From positions 2,034 through 66,033 of the forward strand of contig JBAZLA010000005.1 in NCBI GenBank assembly GCA_041650515.1: DNA of 64,000 nt. The letters run 5' to 3'. This document shows positions 6,897-15,123 of this stretch, piece by piece. The stretch comes from Patescibacteria group bacterium (lineage in GTDB: Bacteria; Patescibacteriota; Patescibacteriia; JACRDY01). Positions within the stretch are counted from its first letter, which is position 1, and every line of letters begins with the position of its first letter. Below the pieces are notes generated by a model that saw only the letters and a program-made list of their open reading frames with translations, was not told where the DNA came from and did not search any database. Both the position numbers and the translations under genes were made by a program.

Positions 6897-8579
6897 ATGC
6901 CTCAATGTAAAAATTGCGGCCAGGAATTTATTATCACCGAACAAGATCGGTCTTTTTATAATCGGATTAATGTACCGGAACCGCAAATTTGTTGGGCTTG
7001 CCGGCGGCAACGGCGGCTAGCTTGGCGCAACGAGCGGGTGTTGTATCGGCGCAAGTGTGATTTGTGTCAAACAGAGATGGTTTCGCTGTATCCAGAAAAC
7101 AATCCCACGCCGATTTATTGTCATGAATGTTGGTGGAGTGATAAATGGGGTGGCGCTGATTATGCTCAAGATTTTGATTTTTCCCAACCGTTTTTTGAGC
7201 AGTTTAGCCAGTTAATCAAAAATGTGCCGCGCTTAACTATTATTAATAGCAAAGGTATCAATAGTGATTTTTGTAATTATTCTTACGCCAACAAGAATTG
7301 TTACCTAACTATTGGCTGTCATTATGAAGAAGATTGTTTTTATAATGATCACAGTACCAAGAACCATTCTTGTTTAGAATTAGCTCGTTCGATAAACTGT
7401 GAGTTGTCTTGCAATTGTGTTGATAGCGCAAAATGTTATCAATGTAGCTACTTAGATTTTTGTAAGGAATGTAATAACTGTCATTTTTGCTACAACTGTT
7501 CTGGTTGCCATGATTGTTTTTTGTCTAGCGACCAGTTAAACCAAAAATACGTTTTTAAAAATAAACAATTAACTCCTCATAATTATCAGCAAACAGTCGG
7601 TGATTATTTGAGTGGTAGTTACCAACAGTTTGAACGAGCTCAGCAAGAGTATTTAGAAATTGTTAAAAATACGATTAAAAAATATACCCACCAAGTTTAT
7701 TGTGTTGATTGTGTTGGCGACGATTTGGTTAATTGCAAAAATTTGCGTTATTGTTTTGATGCCACTGGTTGTGCTGATTGCGCTTATGGCGTGCAAATGG
7801 ATGAGCAATATGATTCACGGGATAACGATTATATGGGTTATGATCGGTCAGAAGTTTGTTTGGAGACGATTGGCTGTTCGGGGGTTTTTAATTGCTATTT
7901 TTGTGATTCTTGTTGGCATGATCATCATTTGCAATACTCTAATCTAGCTTTTGGCTCTAATGACTGTTTTGGTTGTGTGGGGATAAAAAACCAGAAATAT
8001 TGTATTTTAAATAAACAATATTCCGAAGATGAATACAAAAAATTATTATCCAAAGTTATTGATCATCTTAAGAAAACAGGGGAGTATGGCTGGTTTTTCC
8101 CCCTTGGTCTTTCACCCTATGGTTATAATGCCACGGTTAATATGGAACCGTATAACCAACCCCTAAACAAAGTGGAGGTCTCTGAGCTTGGTAGCTGGTG
8201 GCAAGAGAATACACCGGGTACTTTTGGCAAGGAAACCATCAACCAATTGCCTGATAATATTGGCGAAGTCGGTGATAATATTATTAAAGAGATTTTAGCC
8301 TGCGCTAATTGTCATAAAAATTTTAAAATCATTACCCAAGAATTGGAGCTTTATAAAAAATTAAATCTACCCTTGCCGCGACTTTGTCCGGATTGCCGTT
8401 ATTTTGCTAGGATCAAGCGGCGGCAGCCACGTCAGTTGTATTTGCGTCAGTGTATGTGTTCTAAAAATCATCAGTGGCATCAGGGGAAAAGTTGTCCTAA
8501 TAAATTTGAAACGGTCTACTCGCCAACTGGCGCGGAGCAACTTTATTGCGCTGAATGTTATCGACAGGAAACCTATTAA
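6897..8579 (+). CDS. large cysteine-rich protein, paralog 2; function unknown
   Basis: 560 aa with the same architecture as 4856-6499: MPQCKNCGQEF...CWACRRQRRLAWRNE at the N-terminus and CANCHKNFKIITQELELYKKLNLPLPRLCPDCRY at the C-terminus, plus the conserved TGEYGWFFP...SPYGYNAT block. Confidence 0.7.
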   Translation: MPQCKNCGQEFIITEQDRSFYNRINVPEPQICWACRRQRRLAWRNERVLYRRKCDLCQTEMVSLYPENNPTPIYCHECWWSDKWGGADYAQDFDFSQPFFEQFSQLIKNVPRLTIINSKGINSDFCNYSYANKNCYLTIGCHYEEDCFYNDHSTKNHSCLELARSINCELSCNCVDSAKCYQCSYLDFCKECNNCHFCYNCSGCHDCFLSSDQLNQKYVFKNKQLTPHNYQQTVGDYLSGSYQQFERAQQEYLEIVKNTIKKYTHQVYCVDCVGDDLVNCKNLRYCFDATGCADCAYGVQMDEQYDSRDNDYMGYDRSEVCLETIGCSGVFNCYFCDSCWHDHHLQYSNLAFGSNDCFGCVGIKNQKYCILNKQYSEDEYKKLLSKVIDHLKKTGEYGWFFPLGLSPYGYNATVNMEPYNQPLNKVEVSELGSWWQENTPGTFGKETINQLPDNIGEVGDNIIKEILACANCHKNFKIITQELELYKKLNLPLPRLCPDCRYFARIKRRQPRQLYLRQCMCSKNHQWHQGKSCPNKFETVYSPTGAEQLYCAECYRQETY

Positions 8580-8586
8580 ATCCTAT

Positions 8587-8687
8587 GTCATTGCGAGCGG
8601 AGCGAAGCAATCTCCCGAATATATTGAAGAGATTGTTTCGTCGCCTCGCCTCCGCCAACTGGCGAAGGCGAGGCTCCTCACAATGAC
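8587..8687. repeat. palindromic repeat unit (gtcattgcgagcggagcgaagcaatc ... caatgac type)
   Basis: Inverted ends gtcattgcgag / ctcacaatgac, plus nested hairpins (agcaatctc..gagattgtt; gcctcgcc..ggcgaggc). Same family as 31144-31217 and 28205-28260. Confidence 0.55.
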
Positions 8688-8766
8688 GTGAAAATAAATA
8701 GCTGTCTAATTGACGGCTATTTTTAGTTGTGCTAATTTTGGATATCAACCAAGGAGGGATTATTAG

Positions 8767-9039
8767 ATGGCCAAGAAGCAATATGGCAAAAGAACGGCCA
8801 TAGGTTTTGCCCTGGCATTGGTGATCATCGCGCTGGTCTGGATCATTGCTGGGGCCCTGCTTAACGCCGTAGCAGTTGATTCGGCAACCAGGCAGCCTAA
8901 TATCGGGCTGATTCTGGTGATCGTTTCGGCCGCGGCACTACTTACTGCCGGCATCCTGCGACTGCGGGACTGTTTGCAGACCCGGCCGCGGTTCAAAGTC
9001 AAGCACGACCGTCACAATAAGCGGTCTAAACTCGTCTAA
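8767..9039 (+). CDS. small membrane protein (90 aa, two predicted TM helices)
   Basis: SD aaggaggg 8 nt upstream, hydrophobic helices, GC-richer than the surroundings, followed by a strong terminator. Confidence 0.45.
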   Translation: MAKKQYGKRTAIGFALALVIIALVWIIAGALLNAVAVDSATRQPNIGLILVIVSAAALLTAGILRLRDCLQTRPRFKVKHDRHNKRSKLV

Positions 9040-9041
9040 AT

Positions 9042-9066
9042 CTCCCTTCCGAGGGAGTTTTTTTTA
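9042..9066 (+). terminator. rho-independent terminator
   Basis: Hairpin ctccct-tccg-agggag followed by a T8 run. Confidence 0.6.
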
Positions 9067-9086
9067 TGCTAAAATAAGAGGGATTT

Positions 9087-9650
9087 ATGAGTCAACGCGT
9101 CTTTATCGCTTTAAACTTACCCGCGACGGTTAAAAATGAGCTGGGCGGTGTAATTTTACAGTTGCAAAAGCAGCTGTCTGGTCAGCCAATTAAGTGGGTC
9201 GACCCGCCGATTTTACACCTGACTTTGCACTTTTTAGGTGAAATAGACGATCAAACTTTAGCCGAAGTTGCCAAATTATTGACAGTAGAAATAGCTAAAT
9301 ACCCCGTGCTTAGTTTAGCGCTGGGTAAACTTGGTTGTTTTACTTTGCCTAATGGTTCACCTCGAGTAATCTGGGTAGAATTAAACGAGGTTGGTGGTGA
9401 AAGTTTGCGTCAGCTGCAGAGCGCTCTTAAAAAAGGGTTAGAAGATTTAGGATTAGAAACCGATCACCGGTCTTGGCAGACTCATATTACTCTGGGGCGG
9501 GTTAAAGATGAGACTAGATTTTCTTTACCGTCAGTAAAAATTGCACCACTTAATTTTTTGGTTGAAACGATTGATCTGATGAAAAGCGAACTGCAGCCAG
9601 GTGGTCCGATCTATACGTCGCTAGAGAAATTTAATTTAAAAAAAGAATGA
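9087..9650 (+). CDS. thpR: RNA 2',3'-cyclic phosphodiesterase (2H phosphoesterase, ThpR/LigT family)
   Basis: Two H-x-T/S-x motifs: HLTLHFLG and HITLGR. ~187 aa, typical ThpR size. Confidence 0.8.
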   Translation: MSQRVFIALNLPATVKNELGGVILQLQKQLSGQPIKWVDPPILHLTLHFLGEIDDQTLAEVAKLLTVEIAKYPVLSLALGKLGCFTLPNGSPRVIWVELNEVGGESLRQLQSALKKGLEDLGLETDHRSWQTHITLGRVKDETRFSLPSVKIAPLNFLVETIDLMKSELQPGGPIYTSLEKFNLKKE

Positions 9651-10849
9651 AGATTAGTATTTTAGGTGTTAACATCGATAGCTTAAGCTGGTCCGAGGTC
9701 TTAGCCCGGGTTCAAAGTTTTTTGGTTTCGCCAGGCCGATATACTATTGTAACGCCCAATCCGGAATTTATTGTTTTGGCGCAGCGTGACGAAAAATTCA
9801 AACATGTTTTAAATTCAGCCAGTCTGGCTGTGCCCGATGGTGTTGGTTTGGTGCTGGCGTCTTATTTACTGGGTAATAGAATCAATCGGCGCATCGCTGG
9901 TGTTGACCTGGTAGAAAAAATTTGTCAGTTGGCAGCATATAATAATAAGTCGATTTATTTCTTGGGCGGACAAGCTGGAGTCGGAGAAAAAGCGGCGACA
10001 GTATTGCAGCAAAAATTTCCTAAATTAAAGATTGCTGGTGTTAATTCAAATTTAATTATTCCAGCTCAGGGTCAGGCCGCTGATTATCAAAATCAAGCGG
10101 TTATTGATCGGGTCAATCAAGCGCAGCCTGATATTTTGCTGGTAGCTTTAGGCCAGGGCAAACAGGAAAAATGGATCTATCATAATTTAAGTAAGTTGCC
10201 GTCGGTTAAAATTGCCATGGGCGTGGGCGGCAGTTTAGATTTTATTTCTGGCATTGTCAAACGAGCGCCAGTACTTTGGCGACGATTGGGTCTTGAATGG
10301 CTTTGGCGGCTATTTACTCAGCCATGGCGTCTGGGCCGGATTTGGCGGGCCACAGTTTATTTTAGTTATTTAGTAATCAGATTTAGATTCCAGCAGCCGT
10401 GGCGGCGACGTAATGTTTGCGGTTTTATTTATAATAACGAGGGCAAAGTTTTTGTCGCCGAGCGAGTTGGTTCGCAAGATCATTGGCAATTACCCCAAGG
10501 GGGAGTAGACAAAGGTGAGACACCACAGCAAGCGATTATCAGAGAGTTAGCCGAGGAGCTAGGTACAGATAAATTTGAAATTAAACGGCGGTGTCATTTG
10601 ACGGTTTGTTATAATTTTTCTGATGCTAAACTTTTTAGCTCCGTTTATGGTCCTTATCCCGGTCAAAAACAGTCAATTTTTATCCTAAAATTCGTTGGTG
10701 AAAATGTAGATTTTCATTTAGATAAAGATGTTTTTACCGCTTGGCAGTGGGTGGCGCCGGAGCAACTATTAGATAAGTTACATTATTATCGTCGTCCAGT
10801 CGCTGATATTGCTTTAACTGAGCTTAGGGAGCTAAATAAATCCTTGTAA
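9647..10849 (+). CDS. fusion protein: WecB/TagA/CpsF-family glycosyltransferase (N-terminal ~240 aa) + NUDIX hydrolase (C-terminal ~150 aa)
   Basis: The TagA-like region (VPDGVGLV, EWLWRLFTQPWRLGRIWRATVYF) runs in-frame into a Nudix box, GGVDKGETPQQAIIRELAEELG. Confidence 0.75.
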   Translation: MKISILGVNIDSLSWSEVLARVQSFLVSPGRYTIVTPNPEFIVLAQRDEKFKHVLNSASLAVPDGVGLVLASYLLGNRINRRIAGVDLVEKICQLAAYNNKSIYFLGGQAGVGEKAATVLQQKFPKLKIAGVNSNLIIPAQGQAADYQNQAVIDRVNQAQPDILLVALGQGKQEKWIYHNLSKLPSVKIAMGVGGSLDFISGIVKRAPVLWRRLGLEWLWRLFTQPWRLGRIWRATVYFSYLVIRFRFQQPWRRRNVCGFIYNNEGKVFVAERVGSQDHWQLPQGGVDKGETPQQAIIRELAEELGTDKFEIKRRCHLTVCYNFSDAKLFSSVYGPYPGQKQSIFILKFVGENVDFHLDKDVFTAWQWVAPEQLLDKLHYYRRPVADIALTELRELNKSL

Positions 10850-10884
10850 ATTTCTCCAATTCAAGGTAAAGTTTAAGTAAATTT

Positions 10885-12354
10885 ATGGCTAAAAATACTA
10901 AAGTGCGCGTTCGTTTTGCGCCTAGTCCGACTGGCTATCTCCATATTGGCGGGTTACGGACCGCTTTGTATAATTATTTATTTGCCAAGAATAATGGTGG
11001 TGATTTTGTTTTGCGGATTGAAGATACTGATCAAGATCGCTCAGTGGTCGGCGCAGTAGAAAATTTACTTAATACTTTAAAATGGGCGGGTTTGGATTAT
11101 GATGAAGGGCCAAGTATCGGCGGTCAGTATGGGCCCTATGTTCAATCGGAGCGGTTAGGTTTGTACCGTCAGTATGCTGATGAGTTAGTACAAAGAGGCC
11201 AGGCTTATTATTGTTTTTGTTCATCCGAGCGTTTGACCGAGCTGCGCGACGGTTTGACTGCCCAGAAACAACCGCCGATGTATGATCGACATTGTCTGAA
11301 TTTAGATCCAGCCGAAGTTAAAGAGCGGATTAAAAAGGGTGAACCACATGTTATTCGATTAAAGATTCCTGAGGGTAAAACCAAATTTAAAGATTTGATC
11401 AAAGGTGAGGTGGAAATTGATAATAAAACGATTGACGACCAAGTTTTGTTAAAGTCTGATGGTTTTCCGACTTATCATTTGGCAGTGGTTGTTGATGACC
11501 ATTTAATGAAGATTACGCACGTGCTGCGTGGTGACGAATGGCTACCGAGCACGCCCAAGCATGTTTTGCTCTACCAAGCTTTTGGCTGGAGTGCACCAGA
11601 GTTTGCTCATCTGCCCACCATTGTTAATAAAGACAAAACTAAATTATCCAAGCGCCAGGGCGATGTGGCGGTGGAGGATTATATTAAACAAGGTTATCTG
11701 CCCCAAGCAATAATTAATTTTATTGTTTTACTTGGTTGGAATCCCGGGCAGGGGAGTGAGGAGGAGGTTTTTAGTCTGGACCAGTTAATTAAAAAGTTTT
11801 CATTTGACCACGTGCATAAGAGTAACGCGGTTTTTGATCGTGATAAATTAGATTGGTTTAATGGTGTTTATATCCGTCAGCTAACTCCAGATGAACTTTT
11901 GGACTATGCCTTGTCTTATTTTAATTCAACTGATTTGGGCGACAAGTTTGATGCTGAATATATTAAAAAGGTAATCAGTCTCGAACAGAGTCGAATTAAA
12001 AAATTAGTCGAGTTGCCGCTTTTGACCAAATTTTTCTTTGAAGACAACCTGGATTATCCGGCTCAGATTTTGGTTTGGAAAAAATCAGACAAGAATAAGG
12101 CCCAAGAAGTTTTGGCCAAATTATTTACAACTTTAGAACAAATTGAGGCTCAAGATTGGCAACCGGCCAAACTGGAGGCGGTGGTTGTTGATTGGATTAA
12201 AAATAACAGTTTAACTAACGGCGAGGTGATGTGGCCGTTGCGGGTAGCTCTAACCGGTCAAGAAGCTTCACCTGGACCGTTTGAGGTAGCAGCAGTTTTA
12301 GGTCCAAAGCGCAGCCTAAATCGGATCCAAAAAGCAATAGATAAACTTAAATAA
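10885..12354 (+). CDS. gltX: glutamate--tRNA ligase
   Basis: Class I motifs PSPTGYLHIGG (HIGH) and KLSKR (KMSKS), ~489 aa. Confidence 0.9.
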   Translation: MAKNTKVRVRFAPSPTGYLHIGGLRTALYNYLFAKNNGGDFVLRIEDTDQDRSVVGAVENLLNTLKWAGLDYDEGPSIGGQYGPYVQSERLGLYRQYADELVQRGQAYYCFCSSERLTELRDGLTAQKQPPMYDRHCLNLDPAEVKERIKKGEPHVIRLKIPEGKTKFKDLIKGEVEIDNKTIDDQVLLKSDGFPTYHLAVVVDDHLMKITHVLRGDEWLPSTPKHVLLYQAFGWSAPEFAHLPTIVNKDKTKLSKRQGDVAVEDYIKQGYLPQAIINFIVLLGWNPGQGSEEEVFSLDQLIKKFSFDHVHKSNAVFDRDKLDWFNGVYIRQLTPDELLDYALSYFNSTDLGDKFDAEYIKKVISLEQSRIKKLVELPLLTKFFFEDNLDYPAQILVWKKSDKNKAQEVLAKLFTTLEQIEAQDWQPAKLEAVVVDWIKNNSLTNGEVMWPLRVALTGQEASPGPFEVAAVLGPKRSLNRIQKAIDKLK

Positions 12355-12409
12355 ATCGTTGGGCGTTCTTTATTGTCTTGGGCTGGTAATTTTGCTATAA
12401 TACAGTTAG

Positions 12410-13645
12410 ATGAAAAAACAAAAATCAAAAACTAATAAAATATTAGCAATATTTGGGGTAATTGTAGTTACCTTATTTTTGTTTAATTTTAAATCAATTT
12501 TTAGCCAGGCTAGAACCAGCGATCAATTGATTTTGGAATTGCAGCAGGATGTTGAACTGAAAAAATTAGAAATTGATAAACTGGAAAAGAGGATTAAGGT
12601 TTACGAAGATAATTTGGAAGCCAAGCGGAAAGAAAAAATTAGCCTAACTAATGAGCTGGAAATTTTATCAGAAAAAATAAATCAGTTGGAGCTAGAGTTA
12701 GAGCGAAACCAATTACAGATAGATTCGGTTAATCTAGAGATTCAGTCAGTTTTACTCAAAATTTCTGATCAAGAAGGTAAGATTGCAGAGAAGAAAAACC
12801 AAATTGCCGAATTAATTCAGCTGATTAGTTATAATGATGATCAAAATTATCTAGAAATTTTGGCCAGTCATCAGACTTTTTCTGATTTTTTTGATCAGGT
12901 CTATTATACTCAAAAAATTGAAAGTAATCTTAAAAACTCTTTAGATGGAATTAAGATTCTGAAGGCTGATCTGGAAGAAGAAAAGACCGAGTTGGATACC
13001 CGGAGCCAAGAATTAGCTGGCCTTAAAGAAGAGTTAGAAAAAAATAAAGCTAAATTGGATGAGCAAGAAGGAGCAAAAACTTATTATTTAGTTAAAGCCA
13101 AACAATCGGAAAAACAATTTCAGTCACTTATTTCGCAAGCGCAGCAAGAGCAGCAGGCGATTAATAACGAGATTGTTGGTTTAGAAAGAACCTTGCGTAA
13201 ACAATTAGCTGAGGCTGATAAAGCACTGCCGAGTACGGGCAGTTTGGTTTGGCCGGTGCCCAAGAATGTAGTTACCTCTTATTTCCACGATCCTGATTAT
13301 CCTTTTCGTTATATTTTTGAGCACCCAGCAATCGATATCCGCGCCGCTCAGGGAACGCCGGTCAAAGCGGCTGATAGCGGCTATGTTGGTAAAGTCCAAA
13401 ATGGTGGCAAAACCGGTTATAGTTATATCATGATCATTCATGATAAGGGTTTATCAACGGTTTATGGTCATGTGAGTAAAATTTATGTTAAAGAAGACAG
13501 TTATGTATCTCAGGGTGATATTATCGGTTTAAGTGGGGGAACGCCGGGTACATCTGGCGCTGGTCGTTTATGCACTGGTCCGCATATGCATTTTGAGGTG
13601 CGGCTAGATGGTATTCCTGTCAATCCTTTGGATTATTTGCCCTAA
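12410..13645 (+). CDS. M23 family metallopeptidase with N-terminal TM anchor and long coiled-coil (EnvC-like)
   Basis: N-terminal TM helix, ~250-aa heptad-rich coiled coil and a C-terminal LytM/M23 domain (HPAIDI..., GHVS..., HMHFEV). Confidence 0.8.
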   Translation: MKKQKSKTNKILAIFGVIVVTLFLFNFKSIFSQARTSDQLILELQQDVELKKLEIDKLEKRIKVYEDNLEAKRKEKISLTNELEILSEKINQLELELERNQLQIDSVNLEIQSVLLKISDQEGKIAEKKNQIAELIQLISYNDDQNYLEILASHQTFSDFFDQVYYTQKIESNLKNSLDGIKILKADLEEEKTELDTRSQELAGLKEELEKNKAKLDEQEGAKTYYLVKAKQSEKQFQSLISQAQQEQQAINNEIVGLERTLRKQLAEADKALPSTGSLVWPVPKNVVTSYFHDPDYPFRYIFEHPAIDIRAAQGTPVKAADSGYVGKVQNGGKTGYSYIMIIHDKGLSTVYGHVSKIYVKEDSYVSQGDIIGLSGGTPGTSGAGRLCTGPHMHFEVRLDGIPVNPLDYLP

Positions 13646-13663
13646 GTTGTGGATAACCCCCTT

Positions 13664-13687
13664 GCTGGGGGTTTTTCGATGTGCTAT
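13664..13687 (+). terminator. rho-independent terminator
   Basis: Hairpin ccccc-ttgct-ggggg followed by ttttt, just after the M23 peptidase stop. Confidence 0.5.
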
Positions 13688-13720
13688 TATTTAGATAATT
13701 AGACAATTATCTAATCATCT

Positions 13721-13990
13721 ATGTCCGGATTTAATAAAACTTTTTATGCTCTGTCTGATGAAACTAGACGAAAGATTCTAGAGATGTTGCGTAAAAAAGA
13801 TTTAACTCCCACCGAGATAGGGGAGAAGTTTGCTATTACTGCGCCGTCCCTTTCGTATCATCTTAATGCCCTAAAAGAGGCGGATCTAGTTTCGTCGAGA
13901 AGGGAAGGACAAAATATTTATTATTCTTTAAACCTGTCGGTTTTTGAAGAGCTGGTCGATTTGTTTTATAAATTTACTAAGAAGAAATAA
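13721..13990 (+). CDS. ArsR/SmtB-family transcriptional regulator
   Basis: Winged HTH, LSDETRRKILEMLRKKDLTPTEIGEKFAITAPSLSYHLNALKEADLV. 89 aa. Confidence 0.8.
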   Translation: MSGFNKTFYALSDETRRKILEMLRKKDLTPTEIGEKFAITAPSLSYHLNALKEADLVSSRREGQNIYYSLNLSVFEELVDLFYKFTKKK

Positions 13991-13995
13991 CCATT

Positions 13996-14658
13996 ATGCG
14001 TAACCCAATCCAACTTTCGATTAAATCCGAATTACCAATGATTATTTTAATTTTAATTTCGGTGATGGCTAGTTTTTGGTTTTATCAAAATATGCCCGAG
14101 ATGGTGCCGACTCATTGGGGTTTTAATGGTCAGGCCGATGGTTGGAGCTCGAGTGGTTTTGCCGCTTTCTTTTTCCCAGTGCTGATTTTAGGTATCTATT
14201 TATTGATGATTACTTTACCTAGCTTAGATCCGCGGCAGGAGCGTTATGCGGAATTTATTAAACCATTTTGGGTAATTCGATTCTTATTGGTGACTTTTTT
14301 AGTTTTGGTTTACTTTGCGGCCTCGTTAGTCGGAGTAGGGTATGATCTATCTATTTCTAAAATCGTTTCGGTTGGTGTCGGTCTATTATTCGTCATTTTA
14401 GGTAACTATTTGGGTAAAATTAAGCCTAATTGGTTTGTCGGTATTCGAACGCCGTGGACACTAAGTAATGAAGAAGTTTGGAATAAGATGCACCGTTTGG
14501 GCGGAAAATTATTTATTATTTTAGGTTTATTTTTTATCTTTAGCTTTTTGATTCCGATAAGTTGGATTTTCCCGCTAATGATCGGCTTAGTATTACTGGT
14601 TAGCCTAGGATCAATGGTTTATAGCTATATTTTGTATCGTAAATTACCTCGTCAATAA
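13996..14658 (+). CDS. SdpI/YhfL-family membrane protein (DUF1648 + SdpI domains)
   Basis: Multi-TM protein with P.HWGFNGQADGW (DUF1648) and an SdpI-like C-terminus (NWFVGIRTPWTLSNEEVWNKMHR). Partnered with the upstream ArsR gene, as in sdpR-sdpI. Confidence 0.65.
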   Translation: MRNPIQLSIKSELPMIILILISVMASFWFYQNMPEMVPTHWGFNGQADGWSSSGFAAFFFPVLILGIYLLMITLPSLDPRQERYAEFIKPFWVIRFLLVTFLVLVYFAASLVGVGYDLSISKIVSVGVGLLFVILGNYLGKIKPNWFVGIRTPWTLSNEEVWNKMHRLGGKLFIILGLFFIFSFLIPISWIFPLMIGLVLLVSLGSMVYSYILYRKLPRQ

Positions 14659-14941
14659 AAAATATTTTGATTGTTGGAGCCCAACATTGTATAGTCTGGG
14701 ATAGTTTTGGTTTGTTGGAAAAAAAAGGAGGGCCATTATGGTCGGTGGACTGATGATCCACTACCAGCAGGTAGGACATTTTGGGCCGTAGGCGATCTAC
14801 TTACTGCGGTTTTTTTGTTCTGGCTGCTGTTGATAACTAGGTTGTTGATTTTTTGGTTCGAGGTGAGATAATTATAAGTACTTAGCTTAAGCTAAGTTTT
14901 CTCTGAAATAGGGAAATAACTAAAAAATAAGTACCAAAGTT

Positions 14942-15061
14942 ATGTATTTTCTCGATGACGACGATTTAACTTCTGATGATGATTTGGGTGAAGAAAACGC
15001 TGATGCTGGTGAGGATATGGATGCTGATGAAGAAGCCGAGCCCAGTGAAGAAGAAATCTAA
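14942..15061 (+). CDS. possible small extremely acidic protein (39 aa)
   Basis: ATG-initiated ORF MYFLDDDDLTSDDDLGEENADAGEDMDADEEAEPSEEEI, immediately followed by a strong terminator. Below the ORF-track size cut-off. No SD. Confidence 0.25.
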   Translation: MYFLDDDDLTSDDDLGEENADAGEDMDADEEAEPSEEEI

Positions 15062-15066
15062 ACTTA

Positions 15067-15092
15067 AGCCCCCATTTGGGGGCTTTTTGTTT
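15067..15092 (+). terminator. rho-independent terminator
   Basis: Hairpin gcccccatttgggggc followed by tttttgtttttt. Confidence 0.6.
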
Positions 15093-15123
15093 TTTATTTG
15101 TATTTAAGATATACTAATTAAAT

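Noticed and set aside
7660-7947. 95-aa ORF inside Cys-rich paralog 2
   Set aside because: Alternative frame of a paralog-supported gene. Hydrophobic low-complexity translation.
8404-9002. ORFs 8404-8691(+), 8497-8781(-), 8763-9002(-)
   Set aside because: They overlap the 3' end of paralog 2, the palindromic repeat at 8587-8687 or the better-supported small membrane gene at 8767-9039. The repeat-derived peptide segments (ASGAKQSPE, EEPRLRQLAEARRR) mark them as artefacts.
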